Shown here: positions 14,201 to 29,200 of the stretch, piece by piece
How the letters are laid out: every line of letters begins with the position of its first letter
Position numbering within the stretch: position 1 is the first letter of the stretch
NCBI RefSeq assembly: GCF_018977255.1
Contig: NW_024704743.1
Location: 76,138,001-76,202,000, forward strand
Length of the DNA stretch: 64,000 bases
Origin: Callorhinchus milii
Taxonomy: Eukaryota
Direction: 5' to 3'
Notes under the pieces: generated by a model
The model's database searches: none
What the model was told of the DNA's origin: nothing
What the model saw: the letters and a program-made list of their open reading frames with translations, nothing else
Made by a program: the position numbers and the translations under genes

Positions 14201-17200
14201 AGTATTGCCAGGGAATCTTTAACGTCACCTGCCATGCAATGCTTGAACCAACAACCTCAACCCATCATCTTCTGAATAGGAGGCTTGATCCTATCAAGCT
14301 GTGCTTTTCACCAGCCTTGGTGGTGGAGGACGGGGTGAGGATGGAGTGCATTGGAGGATAGATGGGGAATTAGAAAAGTTACCAGCTAGAGGGGATGCAC
14401 CACAGCACAAGTCAGTGGCTTAGGATGGGAGAAAATTGACGGTGAAAGATTCCGCCTTACCCGATCAAATAGTTGTTTGTTTACGAAGAGGGAGCTCTCT
14501 GCTCTGGCTAGCTGACGTGCTAGGAAAGTAAAGAGGCAACCAATCTGGGAAGGCGTGAATTCTGTCCCCTCCACCATCACCTAAAAAAGCATAAATACGA
14601 TGGATTTGAAAAAAAATCAGTTATCATATTTGCAAGATATTTTTGTAACTTTTTTTTTTGAATTCTGTAAATTGATAGTTTAATTTAATCAATTTCAATC
14701 AAGCAGTGGAAAGTCAGGTATTTCATAATAGAATCCTTTACAAAATCCTCTGAACGACAATTAATACCAAGTAGTGAAGAAAGGCAGCTCAACACTATAA
14801 CTGAAACTTCACCTTAAGTAAGATATCAGTGATTCTTTGCTGAAACTCCACAGCTTGTTTGTCCTTTTGTAAATCTTCAAATGTCTGAACAAAAGAAAGA
14901 ACAGCAGTAACCAACTGTTTGTTAAACACAGTACAAGTCTCAATAGTTCCATTCCAGCTTTCAGAGAGGTAAACAAATAGTACTATAGAGTTGGAAAGTT
15001 ATAAGGTCTTATATATGGCAGAGGAAAGCCTACATAACTGGGGGATATGAAGTTCCTACATAACAATCCTGATACTTTGCATTTGCTTCACTAACTTATT
15101 TTGGACATTAGCCTTTGCACAATTCACTCAGATTCTCTGCATTAATTTCTAACATGTATTGGAGTTTAACTTATGATGATTTGTTTTTGTTGGGGAACAC
15201 CAAACAACCTCCTTTCCTCCAGTCATCCAGTTCCTCACCTCTCACCCTCCACAGTAGGTAGTGTTTGAATGCAGGCGTCTTGAGAGTACCGACCGTGTCC
15301 ATTAAAATCAAATTTATTTAAAGTTATCGTTAAAACCTACCTCTGCAACCTCCTCAAACCCTACCAATCTGGCCTCTCCCTCTGCTCAGCTTCATGTCCC
15401 CGCTCCGTCGGTCCTACTATCAGCAGCCTGGCTTGCAGCGTATCTGCCGCACTCTCTGGAACTCAATTCCAGAGTCCCTTTGCCTCGCGCCTTCCCTCAC
15501 TTCCTTCAAGATCCACCTCAAGACCTTCCTCTTTGACTGTGCCATCTCCCACCCCCCCTCACCCCCTGCCCTCTCCCAGACCTCACCCCCAGCTCAGGTG
15601 CAGACCCTGGACTGTTCAGCCTCAAGACATCCTCCTGATATGAAAGGTGCTATATAAATGTAAATTTTAAGTGTACTGTATTGTTGCAGAAGTGTTACAG
15701 GGTAAAAACACACAACATACATCATAAAGTTCTAAGTCCGACAAAGCATTTACATTCAACATAACGCTGATAGGATCTTACCAGTGCCAGTACATTTAGG
15801 AACTCCCTCGTATTACACTTCAGAAGAGTACGAACGTTATGATAAGGTTCTTCGCCTGGCTCTGCATTGTTTGAATGAGCTCTCATCAAACTTTGAAAAA
15901 CCTAGAATACAATTTTGTTTTATTAAAAATCCAAGCACCATGATGGTTTGTGGCACAGTAACATGTATTAAAAATAATCATCCTATTCCTTATAGAACAT
16001 GCACTAAAACAAATGGTGATTTCCAGCTACTTTAGAAACTCAGCACATTTCTTGGTGCTCTGCATGCAGCTCTGTGCTGATGTAGCTAATCTAAACTAGA
16101 GAAGAAAAAAAACCTTATTTGGGCAATTAAAATTTAGCCTCAACATTCCCGTGAGCTAGTGCTCATTACCCTGAGATCCCTGCTGCAGGGGCACAGGTAT
16201 GGGCAGCGCAAGAGTGTAAGATTAAGCTGACACACTCACTTTGGTGAGAACATGCAAGTACGGAAACGCAATCAGATCTGAAAGCTTTTAAAGGAAGCAA
16301 CAACTATGACAACGTGTAATAATAATAATAATCCTTGCATTTGATATAACGCCTTATCCCGTCTTCGAAACGTCTGAAAGCGCTTCACTGTATATTTGGT
16401 GTATTCTGTATGTTGCATATCTTAACAGATTTCTCCCACAAATATACAGTCAATTCACTTTACAGTGTATTCTGTGAAGCGCTTTGAGACGACTAGAAGA
16501 TGTGAAAAGTGCTTTATCAAATGCAAGGATTATTATTATTATATAGATTGAATTCATAAATAAACATGTCATCGTGGTGTAGTTACTTGAGGACAGAATG
16601 CACATATTATGCACTATAGTAAGCTGAGGAGATTTCACTTGTAACACTTAAGGCAAATTTCAAATGCAACACATTGGTGAAGTGGTTGTAGTAAATATCT
16701 TATTGATCAAGCTCCTACCTCCTTTTTCACTACAAGCACCAGATCTTCAGGGATGTCTCCAAGGGGATAGGCTCTCCCTGATAAGCAGCAGCTATGTTGA
16801 AATTATCAGGAGATGTTCAAGAAGAATTGAGGTTATTGCACTCTGCAAATCACGTTTTATAAAATCCTAAAAGGTGTATATTGATAGTGATGCACCACAT
16901 GTAAATGCAGTTCTGTATGAAATGATATTTAAGCAATCGGTTTACACTGCGCTCCGCAGCAGGGAACACGGCACAAACTGGGCTGAGGCACACAATCGTG
17001 ATTCACTCTTGAACTCATTTGTCAAACATTTTAAACACAATAATTTTAATAAAGTCGATTCAATTCATGGCCCTTCAGTAACAAATGAAGTAGGACAACA
17101 ACAAGCAAACAACATTCATATAGTGCTCTTCAAGGGAGTAATGTCTCTCGAAGTGAACAATGGTGTAGCTTGATGCCAAACTGGGGAAAAGGCGAGTAAC

Positions 17201-20200
17201 TGTGAGCACTGTCGAACAGCAAATCATATCTTCAGATTCAATTTGATGACAGGGAAAGAAGGGGCAAGGTGAAGCGACTGAGCCAGGGAATTCTAGAGGA
17301 TCTTGAAATCGATCCAATCTGCAACAGGTAACCAGGGGAGCCCAGCAAGTAGTGGGGTGATGGGGTGCATAATTTGGTTCGAGTTAGGATACAGGCAGCG
17401 GAGTTTTGAATAAACTGGACTTTATGAATGGTGGTGGTGGGAAGCAAGGAGCTGACGAGGAGTGTGTGCTGATGGGACATCCTCTCAACATGAAAGGCAC
17501 TATATAAATGCAATTTGTTGTTGTCGTTGTACAGTGAATTCAAAGTTATAAATGGTAGTTTACCATGGAAGTGGTACTGATTTCTGGACAGCATCAACTT
17601 GACATTAAAGGCTTCTGTAGGTACATCCAGGCTCACCCTAATGATTTACTGTGATAAAACTTGTTCCTAAAAATTGTCACAATATCCATTTCCATAGGGA
17701 AATATACCTACCTTATATAGACCAGGACTTTATTTCCAATGGTAACTAGTTCCTCTGCACAAAACAAGAAAAATGTAATGTGAGTATTAGAACCTAGTTT
17801 GAAACCAGCTCATCAAATTCATATGATATTGTGTAAACACTTACTACTGTGCAGCTTTCCTGTTTTTAGAATTGAGTCAATTGCCTGAATCATTTCCTAT
17901 AATGAGAAACGGAATGAGAAACAAATTATATTGTAGTTACTTAGAAATAAAATTCACAAACACTTGACATAAAACAAAATTAACATTGCTGACCATGTAA
18001 ATAATTACTGTGACAGGTGCTGCTCAAAATGGTGAGAAAACTCAATTTACCTCCAGAGGTGTAACATAATCATTCATCCCCTTATTAAAAATATGAACAA
18101 GTACATCATATAGACCATGGGTTCGTGACAGAGAAACAATCTGCAAATAAAATGACTAGAGATTAGGATCCCAGTGATGGGGATTTGATCCCAACAGATA
18201 ATTTGGTAGAACAGTTACATGGTACAGAGGAATCCCACAGGAAATAACCCGTAATATGTGACTATTTAACGCGCAAAAATGCAAAGCTAATTTTTAAATA
18301 TACTGTCTCCTTATTTATTTTGAACATGTATGTAATGGAGAAAAAAGGGGTTGAAGATGAGAAGGATTCTAGTTTATTACAACATACCAAGGATTACGTC
18401 TATATTTTTAGTTCCGAAATTCAAACCAACAGCAGCATTACAACATGGAGAGTGGTTCCATTTCTTCCTAACACATACCTGATGTATATCTAAAGTTGTA
18501 ACATCCAGGTGCACTATCAGAGCTTCAATACTATCCAACATCCCTTTATCTTCAAAGTGGACAACCAGGTCTTTAACCATCTGTGGCGTTATCCCATTCA
18601 ATCGATTACTTAAGATGTGTGGTTCAAGACACTCCAAGAGTACACCAAATGCAACTGCATTGGGAGCAAGTTTGTCGTAAATGCTACCGCAAAGAAAATC
18701 TCTGAACAAAGAACAGATATTTCAACAAAAAAACAGATCAGTTTGGACAAAAGAGCTCCCAGCATGAAAACCGCTACATCAAATACAATTATTATTATTA
18801 TTATTGTTTTAAAGTACAGGCATCTTATCTTGTATTAGTTAGTATTATTTTATACACATTCTCTTCTTTCAGAGAGTAGTAAGGAAAGAGAAAGGCCATC
18901 AAACCTTTACTCCCCTAAATGAAAGAGAATGGAGTATAAGGGACTCTTTCCAACTTTCATCTCCTAAAAATTGTTATAGAAACTCATGAGTCACAACTGT
19001 GCTTCATATATAACATCACTAATTAGAAATTAAGAGTGGAACTTTTATGCGTCATAAAGCTTATGTTAAGCATCAATATATTGCCTACAAATGCACAGTG
19101 ACTTCCCTTCACAGCAAAATCCTGTGAAATGCCTTGAGACATTATGACATGCAATTAGGAACTATAGCAAATGCAACAATTATTAATAATAAATAGAACA
19201 CCTTAGCATGGAACCACTTAGCTACAAACTACAGTTTTCAACAAGGTTTAACTTTTCTTTAGAAAATGAATGCAGTCACATACTTACATTTTGTCAATGA
19301 GGATACAAGCCACAACACAAATGGGAATTGCTTTCTGTAAAGATTAATCCGTAATTAAAATAAAAACTTTAAACTTTCACAAAGAATCTAAAAAGGTTCT
19401 TTTGCATTCAAAAATATTAAAGTCACGGCCATGTGCAGGATATTTATGGCTGCCTGGAGCTACCTAATAACGGCTATTAGTGACTGGTCTAAACTTTCCA
19501 AGAATTCATGAAGTGTGCACAGGTACAGGAAGACCACCATTAGAATGCGCCTGGTTAAGGTGGTTTCGCTTATAATACCATATGTACTGCGGACTCACTG
19601 AAAGCCAATGCGCAGAGAGAGAAAGGAAAAGAGAAAGGGTGACTTATATTCTCTCATTACATCAAAAACTTTTACAACAGACAATAAAATTATCAGAACT
19701 TTGAATGTACCTGATAGTGTTCTTCCATGACCTGTATTTTCCCGTGTTGAGGACAGCTCTTCAGAGTTGCTTGAATATACTGCAATATTACATCAACCAT
19801 CTTAAAGAAAAACAAGAGGCTCCTTAACATTTACAAACTGTCAAATTATATATATTTTTTAATTTTCGTAAGGAACGTCAATTTACTCCTTACTATAAGC
19901 TCCATTAGTGCATTAATAATATTTTAATATATCATAGCACATTGTAGTAGATAAACAGGCCCTTCAAATAACTTCTGTCATGGACCTGAAACGTTGACCC
20001 ACTTTCCTTTCTTCATAGATGCTGCCTGACCTGCTGAATAGTGCCAGTGATCTCTGCGTTTGTTTCAGATTTTCAGCATCTGCAGTATTTTGCGTTTTCT
20101 TTCCTGTAAATAACTTGATGCTCCCCCACCCCATATGAGTCACCAAATCCAATCCCACTCTCCCGTTTATTTCCCATACCCTTTACTATTATTCCTCTTA

Positions 20201-23200
20201 AATCTCTTCCTCTTGTCTCCACCTTAAATAATCTGTTGCAAATATTAACAATAATAATGCTTGCATTATTGTATATTTGTCTGAAAATGCAGCAGCCAAT
20301 TTGAATGCAAATTTATTTTTAGTGCAGAACTGGCCTGCATGCAGGAAGCCATCTAGCCAAATTTGAGCATTTGTGGTGAAACTAGTTATCGGTCCTCGAT
20401 CCTTGCACTGCATTATAATATTGCTCCACTGTATTTTGTAGATACAAGTATGACAAAATGATGAGAAAAATAGCCCTGTACCTTACCTTATCTTTCACCA
20501 ATGCCTTCTTCTTCTGATTTTCTCCAGGAAGTCCTTAAAATGTTTATCCAAAAAAAATTATAAACAGAATTGTGGAATGATTGTTATTATCAAAATAAAA
20601 ATCCTTACATTTGATACAGGCCTTCACGTCAAGAAGACTTCTCAAAGTGCTTCACAAGATTTACTGTAGTGTAATGATTGTATTTTCTAGGCAAAAGTTG
20701 TACATGGGACCCAATTAAATAAACACTAGTTATTTTATAATAGAATCTACCTTATTAACAAACCAACAAATGGAGATTGAGAGTTGTATTTGCTAGATAA
20801 AATTACAGAAATAGACTGGTTGGTATCTAGCCAGCAGACAGCCACAAAGGTGGCTGAATTCCTCTGCAGATTGAGTCCTTCACTTACTACTTTGTTCCAC
20901 AACACAAAACAGCCATAACACCGATAGTGTGGATTTACAAGCATATTTAAGTGTTATAAACCGGAAGTCCTGTTTTTTTAAAAAAGTGCAGGCTGTTTTT
21001 AGAAACAAAATAGTGGGTTGCAAATCAAATTGGTGGGCCCAACATTTTGTGGGGATGGCAGAGAAATTAATAACAGAATTTTAAGAGTTCAGCAGGACGT
21101 GTCTTTTTTTAGTAGCAAATGTAATTCCGTAGTCTTCTTCAGTGTTGAAAAGATATGTAGTGGCATTGTTAAAACCTTAATAACACTCATTTAACTGTTT
21201 AAAAGCCCAGTGTAACTTCTGTTCTGTACATTTCTATTGTTCTACTCTGCAAATTCTGCCCCTTTCTAAAAAAAATCTGCATGAAGGTGAACATACTTTT
21301 ATAGCTTTTATACTTTGCTGCTCACTTTCTCAAAGCTAGGGGAACCAGACACGTAGGTCTGAAAGAGACTCAAATTGCAAAGCATGTTCCTTTCAGAATA
21401 GAAGATTTTTCCCCCTCGTATCCATAAATTTAAGTCTGTTCAAGGCTAACCTGGCAGATGCCACAACCAACTTATATCGGACACCAGTAGAGTAGTTGCA
21501 ATGGTGCATCCCACCATAGCAGTGTACCCTGTGACATGTGCACACCCTATAGAAATATAGAATCTCAAATGCACAAAATGATAAGCAAGCTATAACACTC
21601 AACTTCCTTTAATTACTGCACTGGATTGACAATGGTACAGCTAAAACAGACCTTGAGAATGCAAGTAAGGATTAAAAGGCAAGTGGTGAAGGATGGACTA
21701 GAAATTACTAGAACCTGCGAGCATGACAATCCTCAGAAGGCAGATGGTGGTTGGAACAGCTTTAACCCCTAACCCCCTTATACCATCGTCTACTGCCTCA
21801 AGCAGCTCAACTTTTCTGCATGAGCGAGGCCAGGTATTCATGACTGTGTTGAATATTTGTATGCCTTTGACCCCATGCAAAAAAAGGTACATTGTCTTCT
21901 ATTCTTTTAACCATTTTGGTTATGGAATCTCTCCCCCTTAATGAATAATTTGGGAGAAATAAAAAAAACTAAATATTTTTTAACCACTGAAAATGTGAAG
22001 CTAAACCTCATATTTACAATTGCACATTAAGATAGCATAACCCTCCATCACATATTCAAACAACATGTGAGAGAATACTGGTATTTTCTGTTTTTTTTTC
22101 TAAACATAAGCTAGAAAACTGAGCTAAACCCAAGTTGGCTAGAAGAAAGAGACAATGCTTAGACTTCTATCACTGCGAAAACTTTCGGTCTTATTAACAG
22201 AAAATATTTTATAAATATGTGGTCAGCCAGGCATCTGACACATACAGAAATCCATTACCATGCTTAAGATTAATAATCCTTGCATCTGATATGGTGCTTT
22301 CCACATCTTCTAGACATCTCAAAGCGCTTCACAGAATATACTATAGAGTGAATTGACTCTAAATTTGTGGGCAAAACGCAGCATCCATTTGCGTATAGTA
22401 GTGTCCCACAAACAGTCGTGGATTCAGTGACCAAATTATTATTGTTTGAGGTTTTTTTTGAGGGATTATTATCCCCGGAAAAGTGATCTGCCAATCAACT
22501 AACAACTGGGTTCCTACTTACTGCTAGGTAGACGGAGGGATGTTGAGCAAGGAAACTTGCCCAACATTTTGCCCTGCCAGGAATCAAACCCAGGTCTCTT
22601 GCTGAGCTACAGGACTCCATAAGACTACCCAAACCAAACAGAGTTCCCCACATGCACACTACATGGAAACCATACATATACAGAACGCTCAGTAATAATA
22701 TTTTTTGCATTTGTTATTGCGCTTCATCACATCATCAAATTGTCTCAAAGCACTTCACTAGTTCTGTAATTTCGTTGGAGAATCTGGAGCATGGCGATAA
22801 GATCTCCACGGGTGATAGACAACCGGATGATCAAAAGAAACAAAATTCTCCCTACCGACAGTAGCCTTTGCGGTTCCTTCGTGGAATGCCCATCCTAGTG
22901 CCAGTGCCTCTGAAAACTGTTCCTGCTTCACGAGGAAATCTATACGCTGAAAAAAAAATTAAAGTACATGAACATACATACTCTAAAATTCTTTATTCCT
23001 TTACAATTGCCTAGTTTTCTACCATTTGCTCATCAAAAGAGAGATTCCAATTTTCCTTCAGTCACAAAATTACATTGACTGGAACAGAGGAGAGCTTTGT
23101 ACACGTGCAATTAATTGGATGATGTGATAAGGCATCATATTAAATCCAATATTATTACAAACATCACAAGATAAACTAGGCTGACTATTTATAGAACAAA

Positions 23201-26200
23201 CTCAAAGGCAGAATTTTTTTTAATGAGGGAAATGACAACAGTGAGAGTAGAACCGCTCAGTTATTGCTAAAAATAAATTTGAACATAAAAAATATGTAAA
23301 GGATTCACAGACTTTACTCACCTCATGCCAGACCTTTAGTGATATCACATGAACAGACTAAAAGAAAAAAATAATACCCATGAACAAAAATGCAACGTTT
23401 TTACTGTAAACATGTTCCTTTTTGACAGATTTCCAATTGTACACTTGCAGGAAAGTGGAATAAGAATACTGACCTGCTTCACATCCCTTCTCCAATCTAC
23501 TCCACCATTGGTGGGTGAGCTGTCACCCATTCTGCGCCACTCTCTGGAACTCCCTGCATTTCACCCCATCTCTTTCCACCATCAAACATGTCAATTCGAA
23601 CGCGCTTTCTGCCACCTTTCCCCTTCCCTCTTCCTCAGCTCCTACCCTTCCAGCTCAAGCTCACAGTCAATTGTGCAAAGGGTGTTGAGACGTCCTTAAA
23701 ATTATAGAATCATACTGCACAGAAGGAGGCCATTCAGCCCATCGTATCTCTGTTGACTCTTTGAAAAGAGCTATCCAAATCAATCCCACTCCCCTGCTCT
23801 CTCCCCATAGCGCTGCAAACTTGTCCTCCGCAAATAATTATCTACTTCTCTCTTAAAAGTTGTTATCAAATCAGCTTCCACCACCCTTTCAGGCATTGCA
23901 TTCCAGATCTGAACAACTCGCTGTGTGAAAAAATTTCTCACCACCCCTCTCTTTCTTTTAACAAATATTTTAAATCAGTGTCCTCAAGTTACTGATCCAC
24001 CCGCCAGTGGAAATAGTTTCTCCTTGTTCACCCTATCGAATCCCCTCATAATTTTGAAAACTTCTATTAAGTCTATAAAGTACAAAGTATGAAGGTTCAC
24101 CATAACTTCCTGACTTTTGTATTCTATGCGCCTATTTATCGTATCCCGTATGCTTTTTTAACAGCTTTATCTACCTGTCCTGCCACCTTCAAAGATTTAC
24201 GTATATGAAACCCCAGGTCTCTCTGTTCCTTCACTCCCTTTAAGATTGTACCATCAGCTTATATTGCCTCTCCACATTCTTCCTCCCAAAATACATCACT
24301 TCGCATTTCTCCACATTAAACTTCATCTGCCAAGTGTCTGCCCATTTTACCAGTCTGTCTATGTGCATTTGCAGCCTGTTACTATCCTCCTCACTGTTTA
24401 CTACATTTCCTAGCTTACTATCATCTGCAAACTTGGAAATTGTACTCCCTATATCCAAGTCATTTATGTAGATCAAAACAGCAGTGGTCCCAATACCAAG
24501 CTCTGGGGGACACCACTGCACACTTTCCTCCAGTCAGAAAAACAACCGTTCACCACCACTCTCTGCTTTCTGTTTGCCAGCCAGTTCCATGCTGTCACTG
24601 TCCCTTTAATACCATGGGCTTCTATTTGGCTTAAAAGTCCTTGTTATCGTCAGATATTTATCTAATTCCCTCTTAAAACGTAATAAAAATTCTGTCTATC
24701 ACTGTTCCAGCTTGGGTTTTCTAGGTCCTGTGTAAACAAAAAATCTCCTCACGTCTCCAGTTTGGTCTTTTGCTAATTACCTTAAAACACTATCTCGCTA
24801 CTCAGTCACTAATCAGAAGGCATAATTCTTCCCCTACTCTCCACCTCCACCCCAACCTTTAGCAGGTCTCCTCTCAATCATTTGTTGAAGGGAAAAACAA
24901 TCCATTATTGAAACACTTCATGATCAGATTGAATCAGAAATGTAACATTGACCCAAACCCTCTGCTCCCACCTCCACTGTTACAATAATTCGTACCTTGG
25001 CTCCTAGGAAAACAGTTTGCCCTCCATAAGTCCATATGGATTGATAACACGCTTTCTCTTGGATTTCGCGCTACAAGAAATATAGGAAATAAATAACAGA
25101 ATTAAAAATCCAGTCTTCTGATTCCTAGTGATAGATCAATGCTCCAGCAGATTCAAAACTTAGGAACTGTAGAGAGTAAACTATAAGTTGGTACTGGTAG
25201 AGAATACAACTGTCAAATGTCTTTACATATCATACATTTGAAATTGGCATTTTTTATGAACATAGAAATGTATGTGGTATTGCAAAGGGATCTAAACCAC
25301 AGAATACCCACAGTGTGCTTCAACAACTGGTTTTGCAAATAAACACTGATTCTCTATTTAAACTTCTGCAAAGCAAGGATAGAATTTGAGTAACGTTGTC
25401 CAAATATGATTTTACAGACAGGAGGAGCCAATTACGATGTTATGTCATAGTTATGTTCATTTTTTTTCTGATTCGATCACAGAAACGTCACAACAGCAAC
25501 AACTTGCACTTATATAGCGCCCTCCACGCAGGGTAGCTTCTGAGAACTCTTACAGTGTAGTATAAAGCAGAAGTCTGGCAGCTCTAGTGTTCTGTCTCAG
25601 TGAATTCTGTGGAGGAACAACTCTCTGACCACACTGCTTCAGTATTTGATAGGGATAAATGCTGGTATGATGCACGCTATTGTTCTGAATATCTTTAACA
25701 TACGCTGAGTCAGGAGGAAGTGAAATGTTCTCTCTGCAGCCTCCTAGCAGGACTGCACTATTTCATTACCTAGAGGGTAATCAATCACTGACAGGTTGTC
25801 AGGAAAGGTGGTTGAGACCAGGACACTGGCAGGTGATCAGATTATTATCATCATCACTAATTTCATCTCTCAAACCAATGGATAAATCAATAATCTTACT
25901 TTAAAGAGCATTATCTGACTGCACATGGTTAAATAAAACAGATGCAGATAAAAGAGATAAGTGTTGGGGGCTTGTCATGACAGTATTTATTCTGAATAAA
26001 TGTGGAGACTTTTTAATATGCTTCCTCTGTCTCCATAAAAGTCACTCTTAACTATTTTGGGGGAGGACAAAACAATGAGATGTGCAGAATTGGTATCTAA
26101 TCATTTCTCCTTTTTTTCCAGGGGAACGAATTTGAATGGCAATTTCAAAAGCAAGTTAATAAAGAAACGTAGAACAAAAATGTAGTTTAACAATGTTGCA

Positions 26201-29200
26201 TTAAACATCTCTTTGGAAAGTACATTTGTAAAAAGTAAACATACCATTGTCGGACTTATAGTCTGCTTGCTTTCCGATGAATCAAAGTAACTACAGCTCC
26301 GAACAAGGTGTACATCTGCTAAACTGTGAGAATCCAGTTCTTCACAACTTTCCCGATCGATGACATGAAGCTTATCCAACCCATCTTGTAGCAACAGGGT
26401 TCGTGAATTCACCCACTGTTATCAAACAAATAAGGTGTACAGTTACAATAAGCTCAATTAACTTTTTAAATTCATTTGGCTTCTCTCCTGAATTCTCTAA
26501 GAGAAACCGAGAGAGAAACACAAGGTTCTAACACATCAGCTCATCAGGTCCAAATTCAACTCAAAAGGAGCTTTGTATGTTTTACAAATGTCGCTGAAAT
26601 AATGAAGATGACTATATTGAATGGAGGTGGTGGAGGATATGATTGGCGAACTGGTCATAAAACAGGAATATAACTAAGCATTGGAAAAAAAAGAATTGGA
26701 TGGCTCCAATTTGGTAAGAAACTAGATAATAATAATAATAATAATCCTTGCATTTGATATAGCGCTTTTCACGTCGGGAGGACGTCCCAAAGCGCTTCAC
26801 AGAACACACTGTAAAGTGAATTGACTGTATATCTGTGGGCGAACGCGGCAGCCAATTGCGCACAGCAATGTCCCACAAACAGTCGTAGATTGAAAATGAC
26901 CAATTTATTATTGTTTTTGGTTTTGGAGGGATTATTATTAGGCGTGTGGAGTAAGGAAACTTGCCCAAGATTTCGCCCTGCCTGGAATTGAACTCAGGTC
27001 TTTCACTTGCAAAGTGAGTGCTCTAACCACTGAGCTACAGGACTCCACGATAGTGTTTGGAGGTCCAAAATTGACCATCCTTCTCAGCATAGAGCACTGG
27101 TTGGGAAAATCATCGAGATGCTCCATGCAGCTCTGATAATCAACAGTGATTTTTATCATGATTCAGCAGTTAGTCACACAGTGCAAACTACGCATCAACT
27201 ACAGAATTGATACCAGCCACAGAACAAATACTTAGAAATTATCCAACTAATATTTCCTGCAAACAAGGCTCTTCAAAAAAAGGACTTTAAGTTAACAAGG
27301 AATTAAGTGGCCTATGAATGACGTGGAGGTACACCGTCACTACATATCTCACAACAGAAATGTTATATTAAGCAGAAGATCACCATTTCAAAAATACCTA
27401 TGCTATGTTTAAGCAACAAAATGTTTTCAGATGTTTGGCTAGTGGCATTTGTCACGCAGACATTCAGGTAATTGCTGAGCTGCTATCACAATGTTGAACA
27501 TAACAAACTTAGTTTGAAACTGAAGTCACCCAGGTTCTGAGAAGGAAAATCATGCCCTTACCTTGAGATTTATTATTTCATACTGAAGATCGATTTCCAT
27601 CAGGCTGGCAAATTCGATCTGATCACCTGCACAGTTTAGCTGCAAAATAGCATAATGCACTATTCAGAACATGAACACACGAGTTACATAAGAACACTGA
27701 GAACTTTTAACACTGCTTAAGTTAATTTATATTATATTGTTGTTAACAATAAAAAAAATGTTTGCATTTGATATAGTGCATTTCATGTCAGGAGGATGTC
27801 CCAAGCTGCTTCACAGGATATAATGTAAAGTGGAATAGCTATTTTGCGGGCAAACCATACACCAATGTCCCACAAACATCAATGACCAATTTTATTTGGG
27901 GGATTGTTGGCCAGGAGACTGGGAGAAACTCCCTTTTCTTTTCGAGTAGCGCCATGGGATCTTTAATGTCCACCTGAACAGGCAGGCGAGGCCTCGGTTT
28001 ACCATCTACCTAAAGGAACGGCACTTCCAAAATTGCAGCACAGCCCAGCACTGCAACAGGGTGACAGCCTAGACAACGTGAGTTCCAAGCTCTAACGCGG
28101 GGCTTGAACCCACAACCTCTGACTCGGAGGCGAGACTGTTACCGACCCAGCCTTGGGCCATCCTCCCTCATGAAAGGCACTATACAAATGCGATTTGTTG
28201 TTGAGCCAGACTTATACACATACACCCTTTAGCTATTCCTCTCCCATTTAGGGCCATTATCAAAGTAACAAATTAAATGCTGTGTTTGCCTTCAAAAACA
28301 TTCAATATTATATACATTTTATTCTTCATATCCAGTTAACCCTTTTTTGATTGTTAATTTCAGGTTTGATCTGCTTACAATTATGGTGGGCTTAAAGTTG
28401 TTACTTTAGCTATTTGAAAAGAAAATAAAATTTTGCTACATCAAAATAATAGTCTTATTCCCTGTTATCCTGTTACTTACATGAAAAAAAATGATTTTGG
28501 ATCCTCTACAGAAAGCCAGAACTGGGTCCACACGTTCTTGCGTCCAGACAAATTGCCAAGCTAACACAGGTACACTACTTGGCTGTGCCTAATATGAAAG
28601 ACATGTGCATCAGTCACAATGTTCAGTAAACTTACATAGATGGGGGGAGGAGGGCATGTATTGCTGAAACTTAATGAACAATCAATCCGAATAACATGCA
28701 AGTAAAAAGAAAACGTCACTTGAGGTCATTGATCACCCATCCCATTTCTCCACCTTTCACCCATTCAAAACTCTAAGGGTATAGGTTGGATATAACATGT
28801 CATTTATACCAGATGACAAAAAGACAGTTCAATCTACCCCTGCTATCTCTTTGGCTGTTATCACTCGGGAGGGGGGTGAAGGAAATTGGGTAGACAACCT
28901 ACATTTACAGCATGGTTTAAATAAGCATCACCAGATAAAAGGGAGCTATATTTGTAGCAAGCAATTGTTCATCTTCTAACAATTCCTATTTGTCAGGCAC
29001 CAGTTCCCAATTTCTACTTCTCAACCACGTCTGAATGGACCACACTCCTGATCTCTGACAGCCAATTGTCTTGATACAAGAAAGCAGTTACTCCCTCGCT
29101 CACATCAACTTTGTTTTCTCAACTATAGCTCTCCCCGTATTAAATGTGAAAAGAACATGTTCATCCATTAGAATGGATAAAAAAACTTAGATCCCAATAA

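Noticed and set aside
26970..27048. tRNA-Ala gene
   Set aside because: It is the head of a SINE: it continues into a repeated body and tail and lacks a proper acceptor stem.
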